A stretch of 64,000 nt of DNA from Parasitella parasitica NRRL 2501 (Eukaryota > Fungi > Mucoromycota). Position numbers and translations under genes: made by a program. The notes under the pieces are model-generated. The model was not told the origin of the DNA. It ran no database searches and saw only the letters and a program-made list of their open reading frames with translations. Position 1 is the stretch's first letter. Each line of letters starts with the position of its first letter. The DNA is taken from contig MU619300.1 of the NCBI GenBank assembly GCA_025201805.1, forward strand, positions 85,832-149,831, written 5' to 3'. Of this stretch, positions 37,817-51,139 are shown piece after piece.

Positions 37817-38969
37817 ATGAGCGTACTGGATTATATCGGTAGGGCTGTGGAAGCATGCTCATACAATTTCAGACCTGGGAATGAGACTGATTTTGCAGAC
37901 TCTCTGGGAGGCTCATGGTAAGATTAAAGTGGCGGTAGATTATTCTCAAAACTGATGGATTCAAGCAAGGTATGTGTCTCCCACAGCACACGGCATTGAG
38001 TTCTTGACTGTGGTACCTTTTTATCTGGCCATGACGGCGTATTTTGGATATAAAGCCGTAGTCAAAAAGTAAGACGTTAGGGTTATATAATACGAAAATT
38101 GACAAGATGGGACTGAAGGCGTTTGCAGCACACAGAACTTCAGCATGCTGAAAACAGTGAAAAATAGACCCTCAAGGCCAGCATTGGAGACGCTTTGCTT
38201 GATCCTCGTGATTGCGTCATATGCAGTAACTGTTATACACAAGTCTGTTACAGGAACAAAATACTTTTTATTACAGGTAAACAGCAATATGTAGCCCGAA
38301 ACAAGATGCATGTCAACAGACTGAACAATCAAGAAATAGCCTTGCCATGCAAGCGCAGTTATTCTGATTGTCATTATGGCGTGGCCTAATGATATGCCAC
38401 AGTTTGTGCCTCAGCTACTATTCAACATCTATTTGCATACTTTATGGGGATCTGTTTTGGCATTGGTATTTCCAGATTTAAGAGACCATGACATGTTGGG
38501 CGAGGTGTTCAACTTTTTTTTGGGTAATTGTACTTGCATGGATGGGACACAGTCGAACAATCACATTGACATTTCGACAGAACATGGGCTCATTCTAGTG
38601 CTGCCATTCTACCTACTGACGACCAAACGATACGTTGTCCTACCACTCGATGTAAATATGGCACTCTTCAGCTTCTTTTTGTATGCATCCTATCATTCTC
38701 CTCTCCTCCATGCTGTGTCCCTATGGTCTGGCTATAATATCAACTATACCCTTGTTTCTCCTGCACGTAAGTTATTGTATACGCGCATTTTATACACGCA
38801 AGAGGTTAATCCTGCAATGGTAGTTGGATTTTTAATTGTAATTGGACATTGGTATCGCTTTGTCATGTACGGATCAGCATTTATTTTAATGTTTATAACC
38901 AGATATGTGGTCGTGGAGCTTTTCTCCAAGGCATTTTTAAATGTAAAAGACTCTAAAAAGTCTCTATAA
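37817..38969 (+). CDS. Hypothetical multi-pass membrane protein (exon structure uncertain)
   Basis: 197-aa ORF with several hydrophobic segments, plus plausible upstream exons with GT donors. Confidence 0.4.
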
Positions 38970-40567
38970 AGTGTGTCTGTGTGTGTGGGGAGGGGAGGGT
39001 AGCTTCCAAATATTATACAGCTCATAAACAATGAATGAAAATTTGCAAGTCTCTCGAATGCTTGATTTAGCACTGGGCCACGAAAAGGATGAATGGATGT
39101 TGCCAAAAGCCTCTCTTGCATTTCAACGCAGTCTGAGATCGAGGATTTTTACTTTGCAACTTTTTTCCATTTCGATACCTTGATACGCTTTGAAAGAATC
39201 CACCTGTTGTGTAAAAACCCACGCGAATGTGGTATTAGAAAGGCTAAATCACAGATTCACATTTGAAACATGGATTACCACAAAGTACTATGCCGATACG
39301 ATAATGCATCCCATGGGCTGTTAAATGTGTTGTTATACGAGACAGTCATGTATTGGTTCGACCATTAAACAGTTTTGAAAGCATATCGAAAATAATTCTC
39401 GCCTTACCGCTCTTGTGCACCAGCCATCTGCTGCTAATTCGCATGCTCATGCTCTGATAGGCTCAGTGAACATGACAGCGATAAGGGCTCTTGGGACAAT
39501 GCTTTGGGTATTTATTGCTTGTTACATACAGCACATATTTCGCTGATTTCGCTGATTTACGCTTCCTTTAATTTCAAAGCGACCATTAGCTTCAAAAAGC
39601 CGAGCCGTATGTTAAGTGAGACAATGCTTAATTCTGTTGACAAGTAAATATAGAAATGAGAAATGCTCGAGTTAGGGGGTTGGAACGCATCATGACCAGT
39701 TAATCAGCACTCAAAGAATAAATGAGTTTGATATTCCAGCCACAGATAGCATCGTCTACTAGTCCTACCAAGCATTGTGTAAGGACAGAAACTATAGTTA
39801 TGTTTGAAAATGTCTATTAATTTCTGGGGGAATAAATTGTCATGGGTGTGGCCCAGATTATGAAAAGCTGTTCATCACTATGCTGTGCACAGAATAATGC
39901 ATGCCTGACCAGTCGATGAATCAATTACATGTCTCTTGCTCAAACTATTCAATCTTTTCTTGGTTGCTCAATGCTTAATTGCTGTGCAATAGAGAGACAC
40001 TATGCCTATGTATTTCCATGTTGAATCATTGATAATAGACACACAAGGGTGACATGTTAGAGAGAAATGATTCCTGGCCTAGTTATCCTACATGTCGCCA
40101 CTCATTTAACGACTCAGTTTATGACAACAAAGATCAAAGCAGGAAACACAAAAGGATGAAGCGCAGAGATAAGCAGAGAATGGCGAGCAAAAATCTCGTC
40201 GCACGCCGAGCTGTCCAAAGTGATACTAAATTAACATAGAATATATGCCAACTCGAAATCAGGCAAAGTAGAAGGCATGCGGGTAGCACAAGTACGAATC
40301 AGGCCACAAAGATGCAAAATCAGTCGAAAATACCAAGAGTCTTGTCATTGGAGCCCAAGAGAACATTTGTCAAACGACAATGCACGAGCTAATATAAGCC
40401 AGAAAAAAAAAACCAGGAGGAACAGCAAGATAAAGTAAGGGTGAGGGGCTGGAAAGAGTTCCCCTTGAAAATTCCCTTTACATTTGATATAATGTTTGTT
40501 TGTGTACTTTGACCCATCTTGCTCTTTCTTTTCGTCTGCTCGTTTTTGTCTAAAAATAATTGCAAGA

Positions 40568-41383
40568 ATGGAGATTACAAGTGCGAGCAACGATTTTAAA
40601 CTATGGTCACCACCGCTGCTGGATCTATCACTGGATTCATTTTCTAACGATCTATTTCAAGAGTTTGACAAGACAAGATTGAGCATTCAAGACGGCGATG
40701 AATCTGATATCCAGACACAAGACAAGGTCCCTCCTGCACCTGCATTGTCTTCCAAGGAAAACTCTTTGAAGCAGCAGCACCAAGAACAAGAGCAAGACGA
40801 AGAAGAAGATGGCTCGTCAGCTGCAAATCTATTCCGTAAATCATCTACATTTCTAAAAAAGAAATTGAGTACAAACGGCAGCCAACGAAACAGTGCAATT
40901 TCCACTGCTACAATTAATAACGCAGAAGAGATATCCAACATTGCCTCACGCCAGTATCCTCCCAAGCCCTTGCAATACTCTCCAATTATTGAGCCTCCTT
41001 CTGATAAGAATAGCAGGCATAGTCGTGATAGTGCCAATGTGCTAACCATCACAGAAGAAGCGTCTGAAGAAGAAAACCACCATGACGCACAGCCAGCCAC
41101 TGATAAACAGCAGGAGGAGGAGAGAGAGAACGAAGAGAAGGCTGTAAGCCCTGCTCCTTCTTCTCCGTCTGTCATATATACAACAGCGTCGCCTCCAAAT
41201 GTTGCTATTACAGTAACGACATCTTTAGAAAGTTCCACTACAGCAGATCGAACAGCACCTGTGTCCAATGCAACTCGAGCTGTTGTCAAACCATCGACTA
41301 CCACTGCCGCCAATGCAGCACCAACGCTAGTAGCGCCTAATACACCCAAAAGACGATCCTTTTTCTCTTTTCGCTTTTGCTAA
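40568..41383 (+). CDS. Hypothetical disordered Ser/Thr/Glu-rich protein ending KRRSFFSFRFC
   Basis: Long open frame with coding-like composition; no family recognised. Confidence 0.65.
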   Translation: MEITSASNDFKLWSPPLLDLSLDSFSNDLFQEFDKTRLSIQDGDESDIQTQDKVPPAPALSSKENSLKQQHQEQEQDEEEDGSSAANLFRKSSTFLKKKLSTNGSQRNSAISTATINNAEEISNIASRQYPPKPLQYSPIIEPPSDKNSRHSRDSANVLTITEEASEEENHHDAQPATDKQQEEERENEEKAVSPAPSSPSVIYTTASPPNVAITVTTSLESSTTADRTAPVSNATRAVVKPSTTTAANAAPTLVAPNTPKRRSFFSFRFC

Positions 41384-41910
41384 ACCAAGAAGAAACTCTA
41401 TTTTTATATTGCATATAGATACATGTAGATGTATGCTGGGACATAAACAGGATACTATTTTCAAATTTTAAATTAGGGGATGCAAAAGGGATCATGGTGC
41501 GCTCTTTATGTCTCACTAGGAGAAGCAAATCTATATAATGTCGTCGATCCTACTGATCATTTAATACAATAAAGCATTCCTAAATTTCATTATATTACAG
41601 AAAAGTGTTGTGCATTGCGTTCAAGACGAATGTTCATTGGTGGAGATACTCATACAACGACACACTTTGCTATTGTAGAAAAATTACGTGCAACAAATGG
41701 AATGGAGACTCGATGAAAATTGCTTTCACGCAGCAAAAAGCAACAGGCAAAAAAAGTACTGACTAATTGCTTGTTTTTTCGATTTTCGGACACTCGTGTG
41801 TTTTCAGCACCTGTTATCCGGCGTGGTTTTGTGACATTGAGCACATTGAGGAACACATAATCTGTAAAACTAAAATTTTCTTTTCACTCCTTTTCTTCAA
41901 TTCAAAAGAA

Positions 41911-44900
41911 ATGGCGTCGCACTGCGGAAACCCTCTTCTACGGGACTGGATGAAGGAAGAAATGAACAAGATCCAAACTGTCTCCAAAAACATCTATTTC
42001 ACATACAAAAAAGTAACTCTACGATAAAGATCGCTTCCCTTCGGTTTCTGACACAAATCATGCACAGGCCTATGAATCTCTCAGTAAATGTCCTTTAGAA
42101 TTTGCGCATCCTGCCGAAGCTGTTGTGTTGGAGGGCATTGGGCCTGCCATTGTTAGGCTCCTCACTGACAAGCTTAAAGAATACTGCAGGGAGAACGGAC
42201 TGCCGATGCCCCCAGAGCCAACAAAAGGTACGAATCCTATCCATCAGCATTATAATTTTTTAAATTTTCCCCACTCATATCCGTGCAGTCAAAAGGAAAC
42301 GAGCGGCGGCCCAGTTTGAAGACGACAATATCCAAGTAGATGATAACGGAGAACCTATACCTTTTCGACCAGCTCCTAAAAGAAAGCAGAAAGCCTATGT
42401 CCCTAAATTTAGAAGCGGCGGCTATGGTATTTTGGTGGCCTTGTTAGATATCCACGACGTTGGTAGAGCGGAGGCAACAGAGCAGCAGATTTGCAGATTG
42501 GCCCAAGATCATTGTGACGCATCGTATACCTTGAAAGAGCCAGGAAGCAATTATACCGCCTGGAACAGTATGAAAACACTAGTGGAAAAAGGATATGTAT
42601 ATAAAAACGGAACACCAAAAAAATACCAGTTGACAGAGACAGGATTTACACTAGCCGAGAGATTGAAGGAAGTGAATAGCGCTAATAGAGGCAGTAGAAG
42701 TGGAGGGTCTTCTTCGACGCCCAGAGCGAGACCTACTGTGCTACCTACATCGTCAGGAGCAGCGTTTGCGGCAGCTATCGGCAGCGACAGCGATGAAGAT
42801 GTCAATGCCATCGATCTAAGCCAATACGTCCTTAACCCTGACCAGTACTCTTCCATCTCTATCAACGGCCGCTCATCTGGGCCATCATCTAGCAACCCAT
42901 CAACCGCGAGATTTCGTAGTTCCCGTAGCACATTTGACGATGATTTGGATTTGGGCAGTATTGATTGGGATGCTGTTGATCGACAGGAACGACCACCAAA
43001 TCCACCGCCATCTACGTTAACGACATCTTCGAGGGCTGATATTATGGCTGCGCTATCGGTTGACAATAGTAATAGTAGAGGCAGTAGCGCAAAGATTAGG
43101 TATACCAGAAAGCCAAAGAAAGACAAAGGAAGATCAACGGCATCCATTTTTGAGAGTTTGCTTGAAAGCATGGGAGGGGAAGAAGATCTTACTCGACCTG
43201 ATATGAGTCTATACGTGATGAACCCAAGTCAACATCAAACAATTTCGCTGAACGGTCGAACCGTCACCAATACACCATCGCTTAATAGACCTGCCGACCG
43301 AAACCATAGCAACAAAAGTGCCAGCAATATACCCAGTAGATCGCCATCGAGTGCTTCATCTATCACGAATGCCGCCAGTACCTCTGCTTTTGCGCAACAA
43401 GTCATGAACGAAACCGACGGTCCCTCGTTTGGCGACCTTGTAAGGCCGACTAAATACAAAACACCTGCGACCTCATTGATACTTTTAAAAGACGCTGCCA
43501 AAAAAAAGGAAATAGCAACGAACAAACGGCAATACAACGTCGATGAATTCGAAATGGATCTTTCTGACATGCCTTCTTTACCACTACTTTTAGGCTCGTC
43601 GCAGCTTTCTCAGCCAACTCGAGACGACATTGTTGATCTTTTATCATCGCCAGAGCCATCGCCAGAGCCATCGCCAGAGCCTCCATTTCGACCTGCTGTC
43701 TTGATGGACGACGATCTCACATTTGATAATGATGATGATGTTGATCCAGACAAAGACTACTTTCCACTATCTCAATCACGGAACAAACACATAGCGGACA
43801 AAGCATTTCATTTTACATATCTGGACACAAACAACCAACCGCAGAGGCACGTAGCCAAGGCAGCTGTGGAAATTGACCATGTTAGTGGTGGGCTGTCCTA
43901 TCTGGTAAAATATCAAACAAAGCAAAGCAGCCATCCTAAAGCGCAGCATATGATAAAAAAGAAGGTAAAAAATGATTTTACGATAGCGTATCTTCCAGAG
44001 TTGCATACGGAAACAGTGTGTCCTGGGTTGCCTGCAGCGCCGATTTTACCGTTGCATCGTGAAGAAGAGGATAGCTTTTGGCCAGACACGACAAGCCCAA
44101 AAACCACTGTGCGCCAAAAGACAGCTGATTCAGCTTCCATTGCCAGTCAATCCCTCATGCAGCAATCATCTCAGAATGACTTGGAATCCCAACCCTTTTT
44201 CCCGCCCCAGAAGCAAAAGAAACTGGACTTTGATGCTCTGGTAGCTAGAGAACCCATTACTGAAACATTGCTCCCCGATGAATATGAAATTGTGCTCATT
44301 TTGGACAGCCGAGAGATTCAGATGAAGGGCAATCGAAGCTATTTTCAAGACAGTTTAGCTGCCAAAGGAGTCCAATGCATTACGCGATCCATGGATCTTG
44401 GTGATGTGATCTGGATCGCACGACCTATTGGCAGCACTAATCAAGCCGAAGAATTGTTCCTAGATTATATCCTGGAACGCAAACGACTAGATGATCTAGT
44501 GTCCAGCATTAAGGATGGCCGATTCGTGGAGCAAAAGACAAGATTGAAAAGGACAGGCGCCAAGAAGGTGATCTATGTCGTGGAAAACTACAATCGCGAA
44601 GAAGCCGAACGTTTTAGCCTCCAGGCTGTGCAGACTGCCATGTCCCTTACGCAAATAATTGATGGCATTTTTCTGAAGCGCACAAACACAATTGACGAGA
44701 CCATTGAGTACCTCGTATCTGCTACAAAGCTTGTCAAACGCATCTATCAGGGCCATAAGCTGCACGCCATTCCAGGACACCTTATCACACGACAGAATTA
44801 TCTGAATCTGAAGCAAGCCTATTCTACAAAAGAAGCAAACGCAGCTGACCCAGAAGCCTATTTGGTGAGTTACCCGTTGTTTGGTCAGCTAAATTCAAAG

Positions 44901-45194
44901 AATGGCTCGGTCAGCGTTCATGAGGTCTATCTGAAGATGCTGATGACGATTCGCGGCGTCAATGCTGAAAGAGCTTTATCCTTGATGAAGGTTTATCCAA
45001 CCCCAAGAGCGCTTTTAATGGCTTTTAAGGATAAATCGCCAGACGACGCAAAGTGTTTGGCCAAAAATGCTACACAAAATCATATCAATCGGCGAAGATG
45101 GAATGCCAAGATCAGCGAAAACTTGTATGACGTTTGGGGAGCTTTGCAATATCCTACCGAGCCCGCAACTGACGATGAAGAAGGGGATCATTAA
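41911..45194 (+). CDS. MUS81: Crossover junction endonuclease Mus81 (3 exons)
   Basis: N-terminal HhH (NPLLRDW...LEGIGPAI), winged helix (YTAWNSMKTLVEKG), ERCC4 nuclease (LILDSRE, GDVIW, ERKRLDDLVSSIKDGRFVEQK), C-terminal HhH. Confidence 0.95.
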
Positions 45195-45429
45195 AAAAAA
45201 AATTACACTAGAAAGAATAAATACCAGGGAGTTTGCGTATTCATGTATCATTGTTATATAATACCACAGTTTGCGAATAAAATTACTATTGGCTGTATTT
45301 AGCCAATAACACATCTGATGACAACCGGAATTTCATTTCTGCCATCATCATCATCATTAATTCCTTGTTCAACAACCAAAAAATTTGTCTCTTTGTTTCC
45401 GTCTACTTTTTATGACACAAAATTCCAAA

Positions 45430-46146
45430 ATGAGCGACTCAAAGCAAGAGATTAAACATGACGAGAAGCAGAACATTGAAGAGAACAAAGATGTGACAAA
45501 AAATGTAGAGAATAAAGATGCATCGGTTGAAGAAAAGAAAGAGACAGAAGTAGATCTATCAAAATGGACTCCTGTGTGGGATGATAACGCACAAGCCTAC
45601 TACTGGTGGAATACAAACACGAATGAAACCACATGGATTGACCCAAGCGCACCTGCCGAAGCTTATACTAAAGAAAGCCCGTCAACAACAACAGCAAGCA
45701 CCAATCCTTTAGATTTTTTATTAGATAGGATTGATAATGTTGTAAAAAAGAAATTGGACGGACAAGACGAGAATACACCCTACCCCAATAACAGCACATA
45801 CACCACCGCCGCATCTTATGATCAATACTTTGACTCCAACGCTGGCACTAATGAACCATACACATCTCACGCACACTTTAATGCTAGAACTGGACGTTTT
45901 ACAACACAAGCCGATGTAAATCGTTTGAATCCAGAAATGCTCTCCATAGAAGCTCGTGCCACTAGACAAATGCAGAATTACTTTGACGTTGATAGTTATA
46001 CCGAACAAAGAAATGCGCAATTAAACATGGCACAGGATGGAAGAATCAACAAGAAAAAACCCTTGACACGCAAAGAAGTCGAATATTTCAAAAAGATGAA
46101 AAAGGAAAAGAAATCCAAAAGAGCAAGAGAATGGTTGCTGCAATAA
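45430..46146 (+). CDS. WW-domain protein
   Basis: WTPVWDDNAQAYYWWNTNTNETTWIDP; FNARTGRF motif; basic C-terminus. Confidence 0.85.
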   Translation: MSDSKQEIKHDEKQNIEENKDVTKNVENKDASVEEKKETEVDLSKWTPVWDDNAQAYYWWNTNTNETTWIDPSAPAEAYTKESPSTTTASTNPLDFLLDRIDNVVKKKLDGQDENTPYPNNSTYTTAASYDQYFDSNAGTNEPYTSHAHFNARTGRFTTQADVNRLNPEMLSIEARATRQMQNYFDVDSYTEQRNAQLNMAQDGRINKKKPLTRKEVEYFKKMKKEKKSKRAREWLLQ

Positions 46147-46417
46147 GCATACTTTGTAAAGTGAAAAGAAAATAAAGGCAGGTTTTTTTTAAACCATGTT
46201 TTGGAAAAGCGTTATTTTCTGTTTTATAGTGATGTGTTTGTCGTAGCTGAGTCAAGGCTCATCAAAAGCAAAGATACGTATCCATGACAACATGAGCAGT
46301 TTGAAGCAGAAATTAAGGCCATTTGACAGTGTTTACATTCGCAATCATGAGCAAGTAAATACTGGAAATACTGGAAATAATACCACTGGATTCAATATGG
46401 TAATAAGAAACGACATT

Positions 46418-48234
46418 TTATTTTTTAGAATCTGAATCGTATTTAGATTTCCAGATCCAATTGTTTCCCATTATACCTTGACCTTGCTTGTCAGCCATTC
46501 TATAATACTTGGCAGCCATGAATAAATTCTTTTTAACACCATGGCCATGATAATAGCAATGACCAAGGTCATTTTGTGCATCGGCATCATTCAGATCCGC
46601 AGCAATTTTAAAGTAATAGACGGCAGTCTCCTTGTTCTTCTTGCACTGCACAAAAGAGAACTGTAATATTAGCAAGGTCAAACTTGGTCGAAATAATCAA
46701 CATACTCCCCAGCCATGTCTGAATGAAACACCCAGCTCGTAGATAGCCATAATCAGTTCGCCTTTGGAAGCTGATGCACTTACTGCGTTGGAAAGATTGT
46801 TGAGGTCTTCTACAGCATGCTCAGCTGCTCTTTGAAGATACTGAAAGGCTAAATGTTCGTTTCTTTTGCAGCCCTACAACACATGTAGGTTTAGTATGCG
46901 AATCTACACCATTTCAAGACTTACCCATCCGTGGCGAAGAGAGACACCATACAAAAACATTGCAATTGGCAGATTCAATATGGAAGCCTGTTTAAACTTG
47001 TCTGTAGCTTGCTCTAATTTTCCAGCTTCATGATATTTGATACCTTCATGCACAAGACCCTCAGCTTTGTTTTCTGGCTGCAATGAAAGCTTTTTGCTGG
47101 ACGAAATTGCTTTCTTTAGGCTAGTATTGCGTAATATAGAGTGCGAACCCAATGGAGATGGAAGCGTATGATGGGATAGAGCTGTATTAGGTGAGGGTGT
47201 ACTAGGTGAATAAAATGGAGATAACCCCAAGGGAGAGTTAGCGCTCCTAGAAGAGCCTGGAGTACTAAGTCCACCTGGAGTAAATAATGTTGTTGTTATT
47301 GCAGGTGAATTTTGTTGCATGGAAGATGAACGAGTCGGGGTGGTAGCCACAAAATGTGCACTGTTTGGAGAAGAGGACGAGCGTATGGGAGTAGGCGGGA
47401 TTACTAGAGGAGTAAGAGGAGGTTTTGGCAATTTATTCGAGTTTACTGCTGTTGTAGAAGTTGAGGAGCTTGGCTTCATTGTCATGTTAATATTACTGTT
47501 GAGCTTCTTCTTTTGTGGTACAGGCTGTAAATTGAAGTCGCTGATTTGTTCGCATACAGCCACTGAATGCTGAGGCACGTTGACATATGCATGTTGAACA
47601 TGTAAAGGTGCGGACGTTGAAGTACCCGCTAATTGTATATTTGATTTTATGTGAGGACTGTGCTGTTTCTGATGGCGGTAAGGTTGAGGATTTACAGATT
47701 CAACCGCATGGGAAACAGGGATTTTATGCATAGAATAATTTGCAATTGAAGGCTCAATCACGAGCGTTGACATGTTGGGCTCTATGAAAGTTTCTCGAGA
47801 AGAATATCCATGATGACCTGCTGGGTCAATTAGAGATTCACGATCATAATAAAATTGCTGCTTAGTTTGGCTTTCCGGGTGTTGTAAAGACGATGTTCTG
47901 GCAGGCTGGATGTATGTCTTGAGTATGTATTTCGTATCTAGTGACTAAGCAAACTTACCTGTCTCCAGTAATCACTATGATTAGTCTATGAATTTACAAA
48001 TGTAAAATAATTTAGAGATAATATAGACTGGTACGACTCAAATATATATTATTACATGATAGTCATCGATGATAGATAAAGTAGAAGATATAGGAGCTAT
48101 TCTATTGGGAATCACATATATGAATATAAATTTGTATAGAATATGCATCTCATTCTGTACCTTGAGTTTGGAGTTGGATGGCTATTTTCATTATACAGAT
48201 GCTCTACTGGGTGATAGGTATTACTGTTAAACAT
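46418..48234 (-). CDS. Sel1-like repeat protein with Ser/Pro-rich N-terminus (Dsf2/Nif1-like)
   Basis: MFLYGVSLRHGWG, YELGVSFRHGWG, DADAQNDLGHCYYHGHGVKKN, GNNWIWKSKY; 5' exons approximate. Confidence 0.8.
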
Positions 48235-49514
48235 TAAAGGGAGAAGGGAAAGGAAAAATTGAAGAAAAGGTGGCTCGAAGGAGAATTCTTGCCTACAGCT
48301 TGATATTTTTTTAAAAAAAAAAATAGGGATAAAGAAATAAAGAAACAAGGATCTACGCACAACGATCAAGCACATAATATTTCAAATTATATATTGAAAA
48401 AAAAAAAGGGGGGGGGAGGAATTGGCTATTAGAGGCTACTGTAACACCATTTTTGGATAATTTTGTATCACGCATGTATAAACTATATATATTAATAAAA
48501 TAGCTTGGAAAAGCAATGTATTCCGATACCACTCTATTGAAATTAATATACGGTATTATATATTATTAGATAAATTCATTCTCCATGTACATTTTCTACT
48601 TGAAAGTACTACGGTGGCGCTGTGCATGCGCACAGAGAACGAACAATTGCGGTATGCTAAATTAAATTGATACCAGTAAATAGGGCTGATCCAACAAAAG
48701 TATACATTTTGCTAAAAAAAGGGAGTGAAGATTTAAAAATAGAACTTTGAAGCTTGACATAATTTTGTAATAGTTATTAGATGATTCAATCGTTCAAGTA
48801 AACATATAATTTATGAAGAGGTGGGGGCCTTCATACTTTTTATTTGGCCTCATATATTGCAAACTATCTTTGTATTACATTCTTATGCAAAATGCTGTGT
48901 CCCTAAATTATCTAATATGATTTATAAATCGTCGATTAAACATGGTTTAACAAGAAGATCTCGGACTTGCTAAGAATGTAGGAAGTCATCCAATGTATAA
49001 TTAATGCCTCGTTTGTTACGATAATAAGTTTGAAACATTCAAATACATCTAAACGACGCCTCGCCGAGAAATAAGATAAGCTGGTAGTAAAGGTTGGTAG
49101 GCTCTAATTGAACGTTTTGGCAACAAATAAATGAAAAATCAAAGGGATTTGTAGTATCTGATTTGCTCCAAACCAGAATCATACACAAAAAAAAAAGGCT
49201 ATTGTTTGGTATTTGGCAAGTATCAGTGAAATCTATTAATTTTTATATGAAGATTATAGTGCAAATTTATGCTATAAATATTTCAAGTAGTTGTTCTTGA
49301 CTGTATGATATAAAAAGAAGTTGTAAACACTTGCCGTATTCGTAATGTATTCAAAACCTGTTGTTTTTTATCATCACATATAATTGTCTCAAAAACAGAT
49401 ACTATTAATATCATTATTTTTTAAAGTAACTAGAAATACAGTGTTTATTGAGATGCTAAAATGTATGCTAAAGGGGTATTTTGGTATTTTGGTATTTTGG
49501 TATCATATGGTAAT

Positions 49515-51139
49515 CTATTCAGTGTATCCATGAGTCATTTGAACGATATCGAAAGCATTTTCAATCGACATGACAGTAGCATTTACTGCTGGTAAAGTAT
49601 TCATACAGTCTGGGATCGTGGTGGCTGAAGCTAACGGGGTCATAGATGGGGTGGCAAGCGGCGACACTGGTGCAGATCCATTTACTGCCATAGTATTGGT
49701 AGTTGTGGGAGTGACAGGCACCATGCAATCGCTATTGACGAGGGTTTCCATGACAACAAGAGGCTTTCTTCCCCAGCCCATATAGTAGTTGAAATACGAG
49801 CGGTAGCTTTCGCTTTCTTGGATGATTGCATCAATCATATCATTGCATTGTGCAGAAGACAGCTTATAAGCTTCCATAAAAAATATTTTGTAACTTTTTA
49901 TAGAGTCGCAAATACTGTTCTCCATTGATTCTGTTATCGAGCCGTCCATGCCAAAGCCAACAGAAATTTTTTGGTGGTAAATATCCGTTAATTCGCCTTG
50001 AGAAGCAAGAATTTCGCAGATGCGGGGTGTCCAAGTAACATCAACCGAGTTCAACTGAAACATGCGAACAGCAAAATCAGAAAACGTCTTTTCAGTGAGG
50101 GGCCCTGGGTGTTTGATGGAAGGATCAAGGTCTCTAATTTCGACATAACCACCAGGCTTGAGAATTCGATTGATTTCAGCGAGAACAAACTAAAAAATAC
50201 ATATAAGCGATGGTTTGCACATTGAGCGTGTTACTATTTACCTTGAGGTCAGCTTTAGAAAAACAGTTGTAAACTAGTCTCATGTGGATATAGTCAAAAT
50301 ATTCCTCAGGGTAAGGAAATCCATCCTTGTCTAATAAATCATGCTGCTGAAATGTTGTGTTTGGAGGTTTAATGCAATTTGGAAAAATAGTAGCAGCGTC
50401 AATGCCATAAAATTGAGTGCGCGGATATTCTGTTGCCATTTCTAGCAGCCAAACACCTGATCCACAGGCAACATCGAGCACTCTAGTAGGAGCCGACCAG
50501 CTATTCCTGATGGAGGACGCCGAGCAATTAGATATGGCAGATGGTGCTACAGAGACATTATCTTTTGTGGATGTCGTGGCAATAGGTATTGAATTGGTCG
50601 AAATTCGTGCAACAGATACAGATTTAGACAAAAGATCATGTACCGGAGCGGAAAAATTGTCGCCAAAACAATGCTTGAGAACATAGTGCTATCATTATAT
50701 GGTTGTTAGATGACAATCTACTTGAAGAATAAATAGAGGCACCTACAGTGTTAGTCAATCGGTCTTGTTCTTTTTCATCAACTGGCAAGCAATATTTCGT
50801 TGCAGTTGTAGTTGTTGTTGGTGTGCATGATATGTTGGGCGGATTCAGCAATGCGCTGTCAAAACAGCCTGCAGGTGCAGAAAAAGATCTTCTTGGCGTG
50901 GATCGATGTGATTGAAGCGTTACATCGAATGCAGATGATGATCTTCCTAGAATCTTACTAACGCAGTCTTTGACATCTCCCATTACTGACGCAGGCCTAG
51001 ATGTTGTTCTCGATGAACTACGGCTGAGGCCAGGAGTCGGGAGGGCAGATGTAGACAGATTTACTGAGTGCGATGATTGAAAGGATCTACGTCTGGAGAA
51101 TTTACGTTTCTGATGCTGGGCAGAATGGCTGTTTCCCAT
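49515..51139 (-). CDS. Class I SAM-dependent methyltransferase (LaeA-like/TAM type; 3 exons)
   Basis: YCLPVDEKEQDRL, RVLDVACGSGVW motif I, FYGID, FDYIHMRL, ILKPGG. Confidence 0.85.

Noticed and set aside
40687-43570. Long antisense ORFs (e.g. 40687-41349, 42551-43171; also 18969-19577)
   Set aside because: Shadows of sense-strand coding regions.
1-45194. DNA-repair gene cluster (FANCD2, RNR, MUS81)
   Set aside because: The genes are 17-20 kb apart and separated by unrelated genes; no evidence beyond chance.
49475-49503. Short tandem repeats (ggtatttt x3; also 1140-1166 and 43650-43682) as CRISPR-like or regulatory arrays
   Set aside because: No spacers and only 2-4 units; ordinary slippage repeats.
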